From: Cereibacter sphaeroides 2.4.1
GTDB lineage: Bacteria; Pseudomonadota; Alphaproteobacteria; Rhodobacterales; Rhodobacteraceae
Assembly: GCF_000012905.2 (NCBI RefSeq)
Contig: NC_007493.2
Coordinates: 420,001-452,000, forward strand
DNA: 32,000 nucleotides
Direction of reading: 5' to 3'
The notes below the pieces were generated by a model. It saw only the letters and a list, made by a program, of their open reading frames with translations. It searched no databases and had not been told where the DNA came from. The translations under genes were made by a program, and so were the position numbers. How positions within the stretch are numbered: position 1 is the first letter of the stretch; each line of letters opens with the position of its first letter. Of the stretch, positions 8,452 through 18,144 are shown one piece after another.

Positions 8452-8988
8452 TCAGAGGCCCTCGAAGGCGCAGAGGGCATGGACCTCCATCCCCATCGCC
8501 TCGAGCCGCTTGCGGCCGCCGAGGTCGGGCAGATCGACCACGAAGGCGCAGCCCACCACCTGTCCGCCCAGCTGCTCGATGAGCTTGATCCCAGCCTCGG
8601 CCGTCCCGCCGGTCGCCAGAAGATCGTCGACCAGAAGCACCTTCTCGCCTGCCTGGATCGCGTCGTCATGCACCTCGACCACCGCCTCGCCATATTCGAG
8701 CTGGTAGCTGACCGAGATGGTGCGGCCGGGCAGCTTGCCCTTCTTCCGGATCGGCACGAAGCCCGTCGAGAGCCGGTGCGCCACCGCGCCGCCGAGGATG
8801 AAGCCGCGGGCCTCGAGCCCCGCCACCTTGTCGAACCGCATCCCGGCGTAGGGCGCCAGAAGCTGGTCGATGGCGATGCGGAAGCCGCGCGGGTCGGCAA
8901 ACAGCGTGGTCACGTCGCGGAACAGGATCCCCTCGTGCGGGAAGTCCACGATGGTGCGGATATAGTCGCGGACCGACTTGTGGGTCAT
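8452..8988 (-). CDS. apt: Adenine phosphoribosyltransferase
   Basis: 178 aa. [16 protein letters not shown]-terminal motif and PRPP-binding motif [13 protein letters not shown]. Confidence 0.95.
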   Translation of the reverse strand: MTHKSVRDYIRTIVDFPHEGILFRDVTTLFADPRGFRIAIDQLLAPYAGMRFDKVAGLEARGFILGGAVAHRLSTGFVPIRKKGKLPGRTISVSYQLEYGEAVVEVHDDAIQAGEKVLLVDDLLATGGTAEAGIKLIEQLGGQVVGCAFVVDLPDLGGRKRLEAMGMEVHALCAFEGL

Positions 8989-8992
8989 GGTC

Positions 8993-9865
<873 letters not shown>

Positions 9866-10169
9866 TGCTGTCCCCGGTTGGATTGACCGGCCGGACAGTA
9901 GGCCGCGCGCCCGGAGGAGAAAAGCGCGAACCCCGCCCGACCGGGTGCGATAAATCGCCGTTGTCGCTCGCGAAGCGCGAATTGCGGGCTTTGTGCTGCC
10001 GCTGGCTCAGGTCTCTGGCGTGGTCATGGGTCACTCGCCCCGAAGGAATGGGCGCCGCGGCTTGCGGGCCTCCGGTGCCGCTCCCGAAGCGCAGGGGGTC
10101 TGCGTGGCGGGGTCTGTGCGACCGGCCGGCACGGGGCGCGGCCGTTCACGACGCGCGAATTGCAGGCGC

Positions 10170-10754
10170 TCAGCCTTCTCCCGGGCGGGAGAGCTCGATC
10201 ACCTCGCGCACCACGGCATAGTCGCGGTAGCCGAGGCGCGCCATCGGGCGGAAGGCGGTCACGTCGAACCGTCCGTCGCGCAGGCAGTCGTCGCGCAGAT
10301 GCACGCCCGTGACCTCGCCGAGGATCAGGAAATTGTCGCGGCCCAGAAGCTCGACCACCTGCGTGACCCGGCATTCGAGCGACGCGGGCGCGTCGGCCAC
10401 CCGCGGGCAGGGAATGGTGCGGCATTCCTCTTTCGGCACCTCTGCCGCGAGGAATTCGTCGGTCCCGCGCGGGAAGGCGGCGGAGGTGGCGTTCATCCGC
10501 GCGAGCGCCGCCGCCTCGACGATGTTCACGCAGAAGACGCCGCTGGCGCGGAGCGCCGCCAGACTGTCCTTGGCGCCGGTCGAGGCGAACATGACCTGCG
10601 GCGGAACGTAGGCCACCGCATTGAAGAAGGAATAGGGCGCGAGATTGTCCCCCTCGGGGCCGCGGGTCGAGATCCAACCGATCGGGCGCGGCGAGACGAT
10701 GGCGTTGAAGGGATTGTGCGGCAGGCCGTGGCCGTCTTCGGGGCGGTAGAACAT
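10170..10754 (-). CDS. Flavin reductase family protein (FMN-binding split barrel)
   Basis: 194 aa. VSPRPIGWISTRG...NLAPYSFFNAV is typical of the Flavin_Reduct domain. Confidence 0.85.
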   Translation of the reverse strand: MFYRPEDGHGLPHNPFNAIVSPRPIGWISTRGPEGDNLAPYSFFNAVAYVPPQVMFASTGAKDSLAALRASGVFCVNIVEAAALARMNATSAAFPRGTDEFLAAEVPKEECRTIPCPRVADAPASLECRVTQVVELLGRDNFLILGEVTGVHLRDDCLRDGRFDVTAFRPMARLGYRDYAVVREVIELSRPGEG

Positions 10755-10834
10755 GGAGGCTCCTTTCCGGTTTGATCCCGGTCTGCCCGCATGTTACGCG
10801 CCTTTCCAGGCAAATCCGGGGCAGGGGGATCGGC

Positions 10835-11320
10835 GTGTATCGCCTTGAACAGGAACGTGAGGCCGACTGGTGGGAAGTCGAGGCGCTCTACGACCTCTGC
10901 TTCGCGCCCGGCCGCACGGCGCTCTCCTCCTACCGGCTGCGCGACGGGGTGCCCACCGTGGCCGACCTCTGCGCGCTTTTGCGCGACGAGGACGGCACGC
11001 TGGCCGCAGCGATCCGCTACTGGCCGGTCACGGTCGGGGGCAAGCCGGTGCTCCTCCTCGGGCCGGTCGCGGTCCACCCGACGCGGCAGGGCGAGGGGCT
11101 GGGCGCGCTTCTGATCGCGGAGACGCTGGCCGAGGCGCGCCGCATCGGCTGGGAGCGGGTGATGCTGGTGGGAGACGCGCCCTATTACCGGCGCTTCGGC
11201 TTCCGCAAGCTCGAGAAGGTCGTGATGCCGCCCCCCACGAACCCCGAGCGCGTGCTGGGGATGCCGCTCGTCATCGGCGCCTGGGAGGGGGTCGAGGGCC
11301 TCGTGACGAAGGCCGCCTGA
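10835..11320 (+). CDS. GNAT family N-acetyltransferase (YhbS-like)
   Basis: VHPTRQGEGLGALLIAETLAEARRIGWERVMLVGDAPYYRRFGF. Start placed at GTG 10835 after AGGGGGA. The 5' end of track ORF 10772.. has no support, so the start is uncertain. Confidence 0.75.
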   Translation: MYRLEQEREADWWEVEALYDLCFAPGRTALSSYRLRDGVPTVADLCALLRDEDGTLAAAIRYWPVTVGGKPVLLLGPVAVHPTRQGEGLGALLIAETLAEARRIGWERVMLVGDAPYYRRFGFRKLEKVVMPPPTNPERVLGMPLVIGAWEGVEGLVTKAA

Positions 11321-11538
11321 GCCGGCAGCCTGCCGACCGGCCGGAGACGTGGCCGCCCGCCAAGAGCTCGCCGTGAGGGGTTTCGCCGAAGGGGCGGCCC
11401 AGGGGGGAAACTCCGGCCTGACGCTTCCCGCAAGGCGCCGGCCCCTCTCAGTTGCGGCGCCTGACGGGGATCGGCGGGCAGGCGCGCTCCGGCGGGAGGG
11501 CCATTGCCCGAAGGGGCTCTCGATCCTACTTCTGTGCC

Positions 11539-12303
11539 ATGACACAGAAGACCCGCCTGCCTGCCCTGCACACCGGCCCCGAGGCCGAGATCGCGGCCCT
11601 CGCCCTGCGGTTCGATCGCGCGCACGGACCGCTCATGTCGCTGATGAACCGCCTCGGCGGCTCGGTCGAGGAGCGGATGGCCCTGCTGCCCGCGCCCGTG
11701 CTGCGCCAGATCGAGGCGGTGACGCGGCGCGCGCTGGAACAGAGCCACCGGGTCGCGGCGGCAGGCCGCGCCGCGCCGGATCTCGGGCGCCGGGGTGCGC
11801 CGGCGCTGGTGGCGCTGACCGGGGCCGCGGGCGGCGCGGGCGGGATCGCCACCTCGATCGCCGAGCTGCCCGTGACGATCACCGTCATCATGCATGCGAT
11901 CCGCAACGCGGCCGAGGCCGAGGGCTTCGACCCCGACGATCCGGCGATCCGGGTGGAATGTCTGCGCATCTTCGGTGCCGGCAGCCCGCTGCAGCGCGAC
12001 GACGGGGTGAACACGAGCTTCATCGGCGCCCGGATCGCGATGAGCGGCGCGGCGGTCAGCAAGGTGGTGGCCTCGGTCGCGCCGAAACTCGCCACCGCGC
12101 TCGGCCAGAAGCTCATGGCGCAGGCGGTGCCGGTTCTGGGGGCGGTGGCGGGCGCCGCGCTCAACACGGCCTATCTCACCTACTATCGCGAGATCGCCGA
12201 GATCCGCTTCGCGCTGCTGCGGCTCGCCCAGACCCATGGGCCCGAGCGCGTGCTGTCGGAGTTCCAGTCGGCGGTGAAGCCGATCCCGCTCTACCGGGCC
12301 TGA
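11539..12303 (+). CDS. EcsC family protein (orphan; no ecsA or ecsB nearby)
   Basis: 254 aa from ATG 11539 (MTQKTRL...). It resembles the EcsC domain from memory (...SIAELPVTITVIMHAIRNAAEAEGFDP...). The family call is moderate confidence. Confidence 0.7.
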   Translation: MTQKTRLPALHTGPEAEIAALALRFDRAHGPLMSLMNRLGGSVEERMALLPAPVLRQIEAVTRRALEQSHRVAAAGRAAPDLGRRGAPALVALTGAAGGAGGIATSIAELPVTITVIMHAIRNAAEAEGFDPDDPAIRVECLRIFGAGSPLQRDDGVNTSFIGARIAMSGAAVSKVVASVAPKLATALGQKLMAQAVPVLGAVAGAALNTAYLTYYREIAEIRFALLRLAQTHGPERVLSEFQSAVKPIPLYRA

Positions 12304-12350
12304 CATCTGCGGCGCCGCCGGTCTGCCGGGGGCGCCGGGCAGGCCGCGCC

Positions 12351-12953
12351 TCAGGCCTCGTCCTTCCGCTCCGGATTGTAGCGCTTGAAGAGGCCGCTCT
12401 GGGTCATGAAGAAGACGAAGATCGCCAAGGGCAGGCCGAAGGTCTTGAAATTCACCCAGGCATCGGTGCTCATCAGCCGCCAGACCGCCTCGTTGGCGAT
12501 GGCCAGCGCGAAGAAGAAGGCCATCACCCGGCGCGTGAGGATCATCCAGCCCTCGTCCTGCAGCGGGATCGCCTCTTCCAGCACGAGCCGGAGCCAGCTC
12601 TGCCCGCGCAGGAGCCCGATCCCGAGCAGCACGCCGAACAGCAGGTAGATCATGGTGGGCTTCATCTTGAAGAAGCGGTCGTCGTTCAGCCAGACCGACA
12701 GGCCGCCGAAGACCACGACCAGCACGACGGTGGCCACCTGCATCTTCGAGAGCTTGCCCGAGAGCCACCAGAGGAGGCCGGTGCAGATCACCATCAGCGG
12801 AATGAAGGCCGCCGTGACGATGATGAACCCCTGATAGTCGGTGCCGGCGACGGTGAAGGTCTCGTCCTTCAGCTTGACGTAGCCGAGGAAGAAGGCCGCG
12901 ATCGGGCCCCATTCCAGCACCGCCTTGACCACCGGGTTGATGCGCTCTGCCAT
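12351..12953 (-). CDS. yciB: Intracellular septation / inner-membrane protein YciB (IspZ)
   Basis: 200 aa from ATG (complement of 12951-12953), preceded by SD AAGGGAGAG. It is multi-TM (MAERINPVVKAVLEWGPIAAFF...). The rest of track ORF 12351..13655 is an out-of-gene extension. Confidence 0.88.
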   Translation of the reverse strand: MAERINPVVKAVLEWGPIAAFFLGYVKLKDETFTVAGTDYQGFIIVTAAFIPLMVICTGLLWWLSGKLSKMQVATVVLVVVFGGLSVWLNDDRFFKMKPTMIYLLFGVLLGIGLLRGQSWLRLVLEEAIPLQDEGWMILTRRVMAFFFALAIANEAVWRLMSTDAWVNFKTFGLPLAIFVFFMTQSGLFKRYNPERKDEA

Positions 12954-12964
12954 GTCTCTCCCTT

Positions 12965-13870
12965 TCAGGCCAACTGAACCAGTATCGCGCCGAGGGCGAT
13001 CAGGCCCATCAGCAGTATTTTCGCGGGCCCCGACCGCTCGCCGAGCAGGAGCCAGCCGATGGCTGCGGCGAAGAGCGTCGAGGTCTCGCGCAGCGAGGAG
13101 ACCTCGGCCACCTTGCCGAGCCTCGTCCCGAGCATCACGCCGCCGAAGCTGACGAAGGCCACGAGCGCGCCCACGAAGCCGCGGAGCGCGAGGGCTGCCG
13201 CCGCCTCCGGCATCTGCCGCGCCTTCAGCAGCCTGTAGCCCAGCAGCAGCGGGAAATCGAGCGAGGTCATCAGGAAGAACCAGGCGAGGAAGGTGAAGGG
13301 ATCGGGCATGAGCCGGATCGCCCAGGCGTCGAAGGTCGTGTAGATCGCGACCATGAGCCCGCCGGCGAAGGCCCAGACGAGGCCGGCCTTGAGGTCCATC
13401 CGCCCGATCTGCGGGCTCGCGGTGAAATTCAGCCGGGCGAGCGCGAGGATCGCCGCCGACAGGATCGCGACGCCCAGCCACTGGATCGCCACATAATGCT
13501 CGCCGAGAAAGAGCGCGGCGAAGGCGAGCGTGGCGAGCGGTCCCACGCCGCGCACCACCGGATAGACGACCGTATAGGCCGCGCGCGAATAGGCCCGCGC
13601 CATGGCGATCTTGTAGGCGAGGTGGATCGCCATGACGCCCGCCATGACCAGCCACTCGACGCCCCGCGGCCAGGGCACGAGGAAGACGGCGACCGGCGCC
13701 GAGAGGAGCAGCATGAAGCTGTCGATCGCGCCGCGGGAGAGCCAGGGATCGTGCCGCCCCTTCTGGAGCGCGCCGAAGCAGGCATGGGCGAAGGCCGACG
13801 TGAGCGCGAGGAGGAGCGCGATCCGCGCGCCCTCCGGGGTGCCTTCGAGAGAGAGGATCCAGGCTGTCAT
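12965..13870 (-). CDS. EamA/DMT superfamily transporter
   Basis: 301 aa with about 10 predicted TM segments and two EamA-like halves. It lies 11 nt upstream of yciB. Confidence 0.85.
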   Translation of the reverse strand: MTAWILSLEGTPEGARIALLLALTSAFAHACFGALQKGRHDPWLSRGAIDSFMLLLSAPVAVFLVPWPRGVEWLVMAGVMAIHLAYKIAMARAYSRAAYTVVYPVVRGVGPLATLAFAALFLGEHYVAIQWLGVAILSAAILALARLNFTASPQIGRMDLKAGLVWAFAGGLMVAIYTTFDAWAIRLMPDPFTFLAWFFLMTSLDFPLLLGYRLLKARQMPEAAAALALRGFVGALVAFVSFGGVMLGTRLGKVAEVSSLRETSTLFAAAIGWLLLGERSGPAKILLMGLIALGAILVQLA

Positions 13871-13904
13871 GATCGGGCGGAGCGGCGGACCGGGGCTCTG
13901 GGGC

Positions 13905-13983
13905 GGACCGCCGGGGGGCTTTCCGCCCCCCGGACCCCCCGAGGATATTTTTCCAGAGTGAGAGGGGACGAAGGGGGCGGGGG
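13905..13983 (+). repeat. Structured intergenic repeat, copy 2
   Basis: GGGGGGC-tttcc-GCCCCCC hairpin at 13913-13931, then GGACCCCCCGAGGATATTTTTCCAGAGTGAGAGGGGACGAAGGGGGCGGGG. It is colinear with copy 1 and lies between the ftsY stop and the eamA start. Confidence 0.75.
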
Positions 13984-13985
13984 CG

Positions 13986-15131
13986 TCAGTCGTCCAGACC
14001 CATCAGGGCGCGGGCGAACTCCTCGGGATCGAAGGGCGCGAGGTCGTCGATCTGCTCGCCCACGCCGATGGCATGGATCGGCAGGCCGAACCGGTCGGCC
14101 AGCGCCACGAGGACGCCGCCCTTGGCGGTGCCGTCGAGCTTGGTCATCACGAGGCCCGAGACATCGGCGAGCTTGCGGAAGATCTCTACCTGGTTCAGCG
14201 CATTCTGCCCCGTCGTGGCATCGAGCACGAGGAGCGTGTTGTGCGGCGCGTCGGGATCCTTCTTGCGGATCACTCGGACGATCTTGGACAGTTCCTCCAT
14301 CAGGTCGGCGCGGTTCTGCAGCCGGCCGGCCGTGTCGATCATCAGGAGGTCCGCGCCTTCGGCCTGGGCCTTCGTCATGGCGTCGAAGGCGAGCGAGGCC
14401 GGGTCGGAGCCTTCGGGCGCGGTCAGGACCGGCACGCCGGCGCGGCGGCCCCAGACCTGAAGCTGCTCGACCGCTGCCGCGCGGAACGTGTCGCCCGCGG
14501 CGATCACCACCGACTTGCCCGCAGCGCGGAACTGCGAGGCGAGCTTGCCGATGGTCGTGGTCTTGCCCGAGCCGTTCACGCCCACCACCAGCACGACCTG
14601 CGGGCGCGACGGATAGAGCGGCATCGGCCGCGCCACCGGCTCGAGGATGCGGGCGATCTCGGCGGCCAGCGCCTCCTTGATCTCGCGGGCCGAGACCCTT
14701 CGGCCGTAGCGGCCCTCGGCGATGTTCGCGGTGACGCGCAGTGCCGTCTCGACGCCCATGTCGGCCTGGATCAGCACTTCCTCGAGGCTCTCGAGCATCG
14801 CATCGTCGAGGATGCGGCGGGGCTCCTCGGTCTGACCGAACATGCGGCCGAAGAGGCCCGGGCGGCGTTCGGGTTCGGGCTCCGGCGGCAGGCCGGGCAG
14901 GGGCGCGGCGGGGGGGGCGGGGGCGGGCTGCGGCTGCGGGTCGGGCGCCTGCGGCACGGGCCGGTCGAGGATCAGGGGGGCGTCCTTCTCCGGGTCGGGC
15001 AGGGGCCCGGGTGTCGGCACCTCGGGGGCCGGCGCCTCGGAAGCCTTGTCCTCGACCAGCGCGTCCAGATCCTCCGACAGCCGGTCCGAGGAGCGGAACA
15101 TCTTCTCGCGCATCTTCTTGAAGAACGACAT
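13986..15131 (-). CDS. ftsY: Signal recognition particle receptor FtsY
   Basis: 381 aa from ATG (complement of 15129-15131), preceded by GGAGG. It has a Pro/Glu-rich A domain followed by an NG domain with GVNGSGKTTT, DTAGR and TKLDGTAKGG. Confidence 0.95.
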   Translation of the reverse strand: MSFFKKMREKMFRSSDRLSEDLDALVEDKASEAPAPEVPTPGPLPDPEKDAPLILDRPVPQAPDPQPQPAPAPPAAPLPGLPPEPEPERRPGLFGRMFGQTEEPRRILDDAMLESLEEVLIQADMGVETALRVTANIAEGRYGRRVSAREIKEALAAEIARILEPVARPMPLYPSRPQVVLVVGVNGSGKTTTIGKLASQFRAAGKSVVIAAGDTFRAAAVEQLQVWGRRAGVPVLTAPEGSDPASLAFDAMTKAQAEGADLLMIDTAGRLQNRADLMEELSKIVRVIRKKDPDAPHNTLLVLDATTGQNALNQVEIFRKLADVSGLVMTKLDGTAKGGVLVALADRFGLPIHAIGVGEQIDDLAPFDPEEFARALMGLDD

Positions 15132-15322
15132 GGGCTTTCCGCCTCCCCTGCTTGCGGCCCCTGACACCTAGTCGCTCAGGCGGCGCGAGGGAAGGGGGAA
15201 GCCCGCCGCAGTCGCCCCCGCCCGGGGCTGGCGCAGGCGTGACTGGTCAGAGGGGCGGGCTTCTGGCAGGCTGATGTCCGTCGCGGCCGGTCGCGCCGTT
15301 TCAACCCGCCGGAGGAGACATC

Positions 15323-15721
15323 ATGCACAGGATCTGGGCCGCGGCCCTGACCCTCGCCCTCGCCGCTCCCGCGCTTGCGGCCGAGCCGATGAGCGCGGAA
15401 GAGTTCGAGGCCTATTCGACGGGCAAGACGCTCTCCTATGCGGTCGGCGGCGAGATCTATGGCGCCGAACAGTATCTGCCGGGGCGGCGCGTGGTCTGGG
15501 CCTTCCGCGGTCAGGAATGCACGCATGGCCAGTGGTACGAGCAGGCGGGGCAGATCTGCTTCGTCTACGAGCACGATGCCACGCCGCAATGCTGGAGCTT
15601 CTACCGCGAGGCCTCGGGCGTGCGGGCGCAGTTCGAGGGCGATCCCACGGGCACCGAACTGTCGGAAGTCTCCCAGACGCGCACGCCCCTGATCTGCGCG
15701 GGCCCGGACGTGGGGGTCTGA
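15323..15721 (+). CDS. Small periplasmic Cys-containing protein of unknown function
   Basis: 132 aa. GGAGGAG SD, signal peptide MHRIWAAALTLALAAPALAAEP, 5 Cys in the mature part, and high GC3. Confidence 0.7.
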   Translation: MHRIWAAALTLALAAPALAAEPMSAEEFEAYSTGKTLSYAVGGEIYGAEQYLPGRRVVWAFRGQECTHGQWYEQAGQICFVYEHDATPQCWSFYREASGVRAQFEGDPTGTELSEVSQTRTPLICAGPDVGV

Positions 15722-15841
15722 CGGGCGCCTGCCGCAGGGCCTCGGGGCACGCGCGTCCGGGGCTGTCCGTCCTTCCGGAGATCGCGCGGAGGGTCCGGTC
15801 GTCGCGGCAGGAGGGGCGGCGCGGTGCCGGCGCGGGTGGGT

Positions 15842-17401
15842 TCAGAGCAGGCTGCCCTGCGCGGGCGGCTCTTCCTTTGGCTTGCGGGTCTTGCCGCGAC
15901 CCACGGAGAGGCGGCCATCCTGGAACTCGATTTCGAGCATCGCGGCGGCTCCGGCCTCGGCCTTCGTCGTGAGCACGGCGCCGTCCGCGCGCACCACCGC
16001 ATAGCCGCGCTTCAGCGTCTCGCGGTAGCCCAGCGTCTGGCGCAGGCGGTCGAGCGCCTCGAGCCGGTCCGAGAGGCGGGCAAGCCGCGCCTCGGGAGCC
16101 GCGTCGAGCCGCGCCGCAAGCGTGCCGAGCGTGGCCGCGTCGCGCCGGGTCGCGCGCTCGGTCTCGGCGATGAGCCGCGCGAAGGCCGGGGCAAGGCGGG
16201 CCGAGAGGGCGTCGAACCGGTCCCGGGCGCGCTCGGCCCGCCGCCCGAGGCAGGTCTCGAGGCTGCGCGTCCGGTCGCCCAGCCGGTCCTTCTGCCGCGC
16301 CACCAGATCGGCGAGCAGCCGCGGCCGCAGATGCGCGCCGAGCGGCTCGAGCCGGGCCCGGCGGGCGGCAACGCTCTGGCCGAGCGCCCCCGAGAGCCGG
16401 CCCGACCAGAGGTCGAAGCGCTGGCTCGGGCCGGCCACGAGGCTCTCGAGCCGCGGCAGGGCGCGGGCGAGGTCGCGCAGGCGCTGGTCGCGCCGCCGGA
16501 TGGTCTCGGCCGCACAGCGCGAGAGCCGCGCGACCTGACCGTCGAGGCCGGCGAGCAGCTCGAGCCGCACGGGCACCGCCATCTCGGCCGCGGCGGTGGG
16601 GGTCGGCGCGCGGCGGTCGGCGGCATGGTCGATGAGCGTGGTGTCCGTCTCGTGCCCCACGGCCGAGATCAAGGGGATCCGGCTCTCGGCCGCGGCCCGG
16701 ACGACGATCTCCTCGTTGAAGCCCCAGAGATCCTCAAGGCTGCCGCCGCCGCGCGCGACGATCAGGAGGTCGGGGCGCGGGATAGGGCCGCCCTCGGGCA
16801 GGGCATTGAAGCCGCGGATGGCGGCGGCCACCTCGGGCGCGCATTTCTCGCCCTGCACCGCCACGGGCCAGATCAGCACATGGCTCGGGAAGCGGTCGCG
16901 CAGCCGGTGGAGGATGTCGCGGATCACCGCGCCCGACGGCGAGGTCACGACGCCGATCACCCGCGGCAGGAAGGGGAGGGGGTGCTTGCGGGCGGCGTCG
17001 AACAGCCCCTCCGCGGCCAGCGCCGCACGGCGCTTCTCGAGCATGGCCATCAGTGCGCCTGCGCCTGCGGGGGCCATGTCCTCGACGATGATCTGATATT
17101 TCGACTGGCCGGGGAAGGTGGTCATCCGGCCGGTGGCCACCACCTCCATCCCCTCTTCGGGACGCACGGAGAGCCGGCCGGCCTGACCCTTCCAGCAGAT
17201 CGCCGCCATCACGGCGCGGTCGTCCTTCAGGTCGAAATAGAGGTGCCCCGAGGCGGGCCGCGAGACGCGCCCGATCTCGCCGCGGACCCGGACGAGGCCG
17301 AACTCGCCCTCGATCACCCGCTTCACGGCGCCCGACAGCTCCGAGACGGTGAATTCCGGCGTGTTGCGGCTGGGGGCGGGATCTTCGAAGAGGTCGGACA
17401 T
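15842..17401 (-). CDS. xseA: Exodeoxyribonuclease VII large subunit
   Basis: 519 aa. N-terminal OB-fold region (FTVSELSGAVKRVIEGEFGLVRVRGEI), a catalytic core, and a long coiled-coil C-terminus typical of XseA. Confidence 0.93.
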   Translation of the reverse strand: MSDLFEDPAPSRNTPEFTVSELSGAVKRVIEGEFGLVRVRGEIGRVSRPASGHLYFDLKDDRAVMAAICWKGQAGRLSVRPEEGMEVVATGRMTTFPGQSKYQIIVEDMAPAGAGALMAMLEKRRAALAAEGLFDAARKHPLPFLPRVIGVVTSPSGAVIRDILHRLRDRFPSHVLIWPVAVQGEKCAPEVAAAIRGFNALPEGGPIPRPDLLIVARGGGSLEDLWGFNEEIVVRAAAESRIPLISAVGHETDTTLIDHAADRRAPTPTAAAEMAVPVRLELLAGLDGQVARLSRCAAETIRRRDQRLRDLARALPRLESLVAGPSQRFDLWSGRLSGALGQSVAARRARLEPLGAHLRPRLLADLVARQKDRLGDRTRSLETCLGRRAERARDRFDALSARLAPAFARLIAETERATRRDAATLGTLAARLDAAPEARLARLSDRLEALDRLRQTLGYRETLKRGYAVVRADGAVLTTKAEAGAAAMLEIEFQDGRLSVGRGKTRKPKEEPPAQGSLL

Positions 17402-17631
17402 GGGGTCTTTGTGCCCGAGGCCCGTCCGACAGGCAAGCTGCGGGTTCGGGCCGCCTGCAACGGGTCGGGATCTTGCCCGGAGAGGAGGGCCACAGGTGTC
17501 GCGCCCTCGGGACGCTGCCGGCCGCTGTCCGGAGAGCGGGCCTCGGCCCGGGCTGAGTGAGGCTTGCGGTCGGCGCGCGCCGGAGCGTCTGCCCCGTCTC
17601 TCCGGCCGTCACCGCGGAGGGGCGGCGAAGG

Positions 17632-17985
17632 TCAGCCCTCGTCGCCCTCGCCGTAGAGCCAGGACGAATAGCCCCGTTCGGCGAGGCTTTTCGCGAAGGC
17701 GCGGGCCTCCTCGTCGGTGGCGAGCGGCACGGCCACCATGCCTGCGGAATTCTCCTCGATGAAGGTCGCCGCATCTTCGAGCGTGCGCCCGTCGCCGGGG
17801 CCGGTGCTGCCGTCGACCGGTCCGACATAGAGGCCCGCGATCTCGAGCTCTTCCTGAACGGCCACCCGCTCTTCGGGGGTGAGGGCGGCGAAGGCCGCCT
17901 CGAGACGGGCGATCGTGGCCTCATCGGCCAGAAGCGGGGTGGCGGCGAGAAGGGCTGCGGGGAGGAGAAGGGTGCGGAGATCCAT
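17632..17985 (-). CDS. Small secreted protein with a peptidoglycan-binding-like motif
   Basis: 117 aa from ATG (complement of 17983-17985). Signal-like N-terminus MDLRTLLLPAALLAATPLLA, then VQEELEIAGLYVGPVDGSTGPG, which resembles PG_binding_1. It is the only plausible part of the 613-aa track ORF 17632..19473. Confidence 0.55.
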   Translation of the reverse strand: MDLRTLLLPAALLAATPLLADEATIARLEAAFAALTPEERVAVQEELEIAGLYVGPVDGSTGPGDGRTLEDAATFIEENSAGMVAVPLATDEEARAFAKSLAERGYSSWLYGEGDEG

Positions 17986-18144
17986 GACCTGTGCTCGGAG
18001 AGGACCGGCCCTCGTGGCCGGGCGCCCGGGCTTCTTCGCATGGCGCCCGGCCCCGCGCAACGGGGCGCGAAGGGGGCGCGGGCGCCTTGTCCCACGGGAC
18101 GCTTTCGGATTAGAGACGCGGCACCGATGGACAAGGGAGCGGCC

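Noticed and set aside
11321-11538. 218-nt spacer upstream of the EcsC-like gene scanned for an sRNA, riboswitch or small ORF
   Set aside because: It contains only short GC hairpins (for example GGCGCCG...CGGCGCC with a 14-nt loop). There is no repeat, no conserved-looking motif and no ORF with an SD.
14860-15010. Dense G-runs on the plus strand (GGGGGGGGCGGGGGCGGG...) with G-quadruplex potential
   Set aside because: This is the reverse complement of CCN Pro codons encoding the Pro-rich A domain of FtsY (PAPAPPAAPLPGLPPEPEPE). The composition is explained by the coding sequence, and there is no independent evidence of function.
15765-15778. The 14-mer GTCCGTCCTTCCGG also occurs at 19576-19589, and GTCCTTCCG occurs near 8406
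   Set aside because: In 64 kb of two-strand GC-biased sequence, several exact 14-mer coincidences are expected by chance. There is no extended similarity around the matches.
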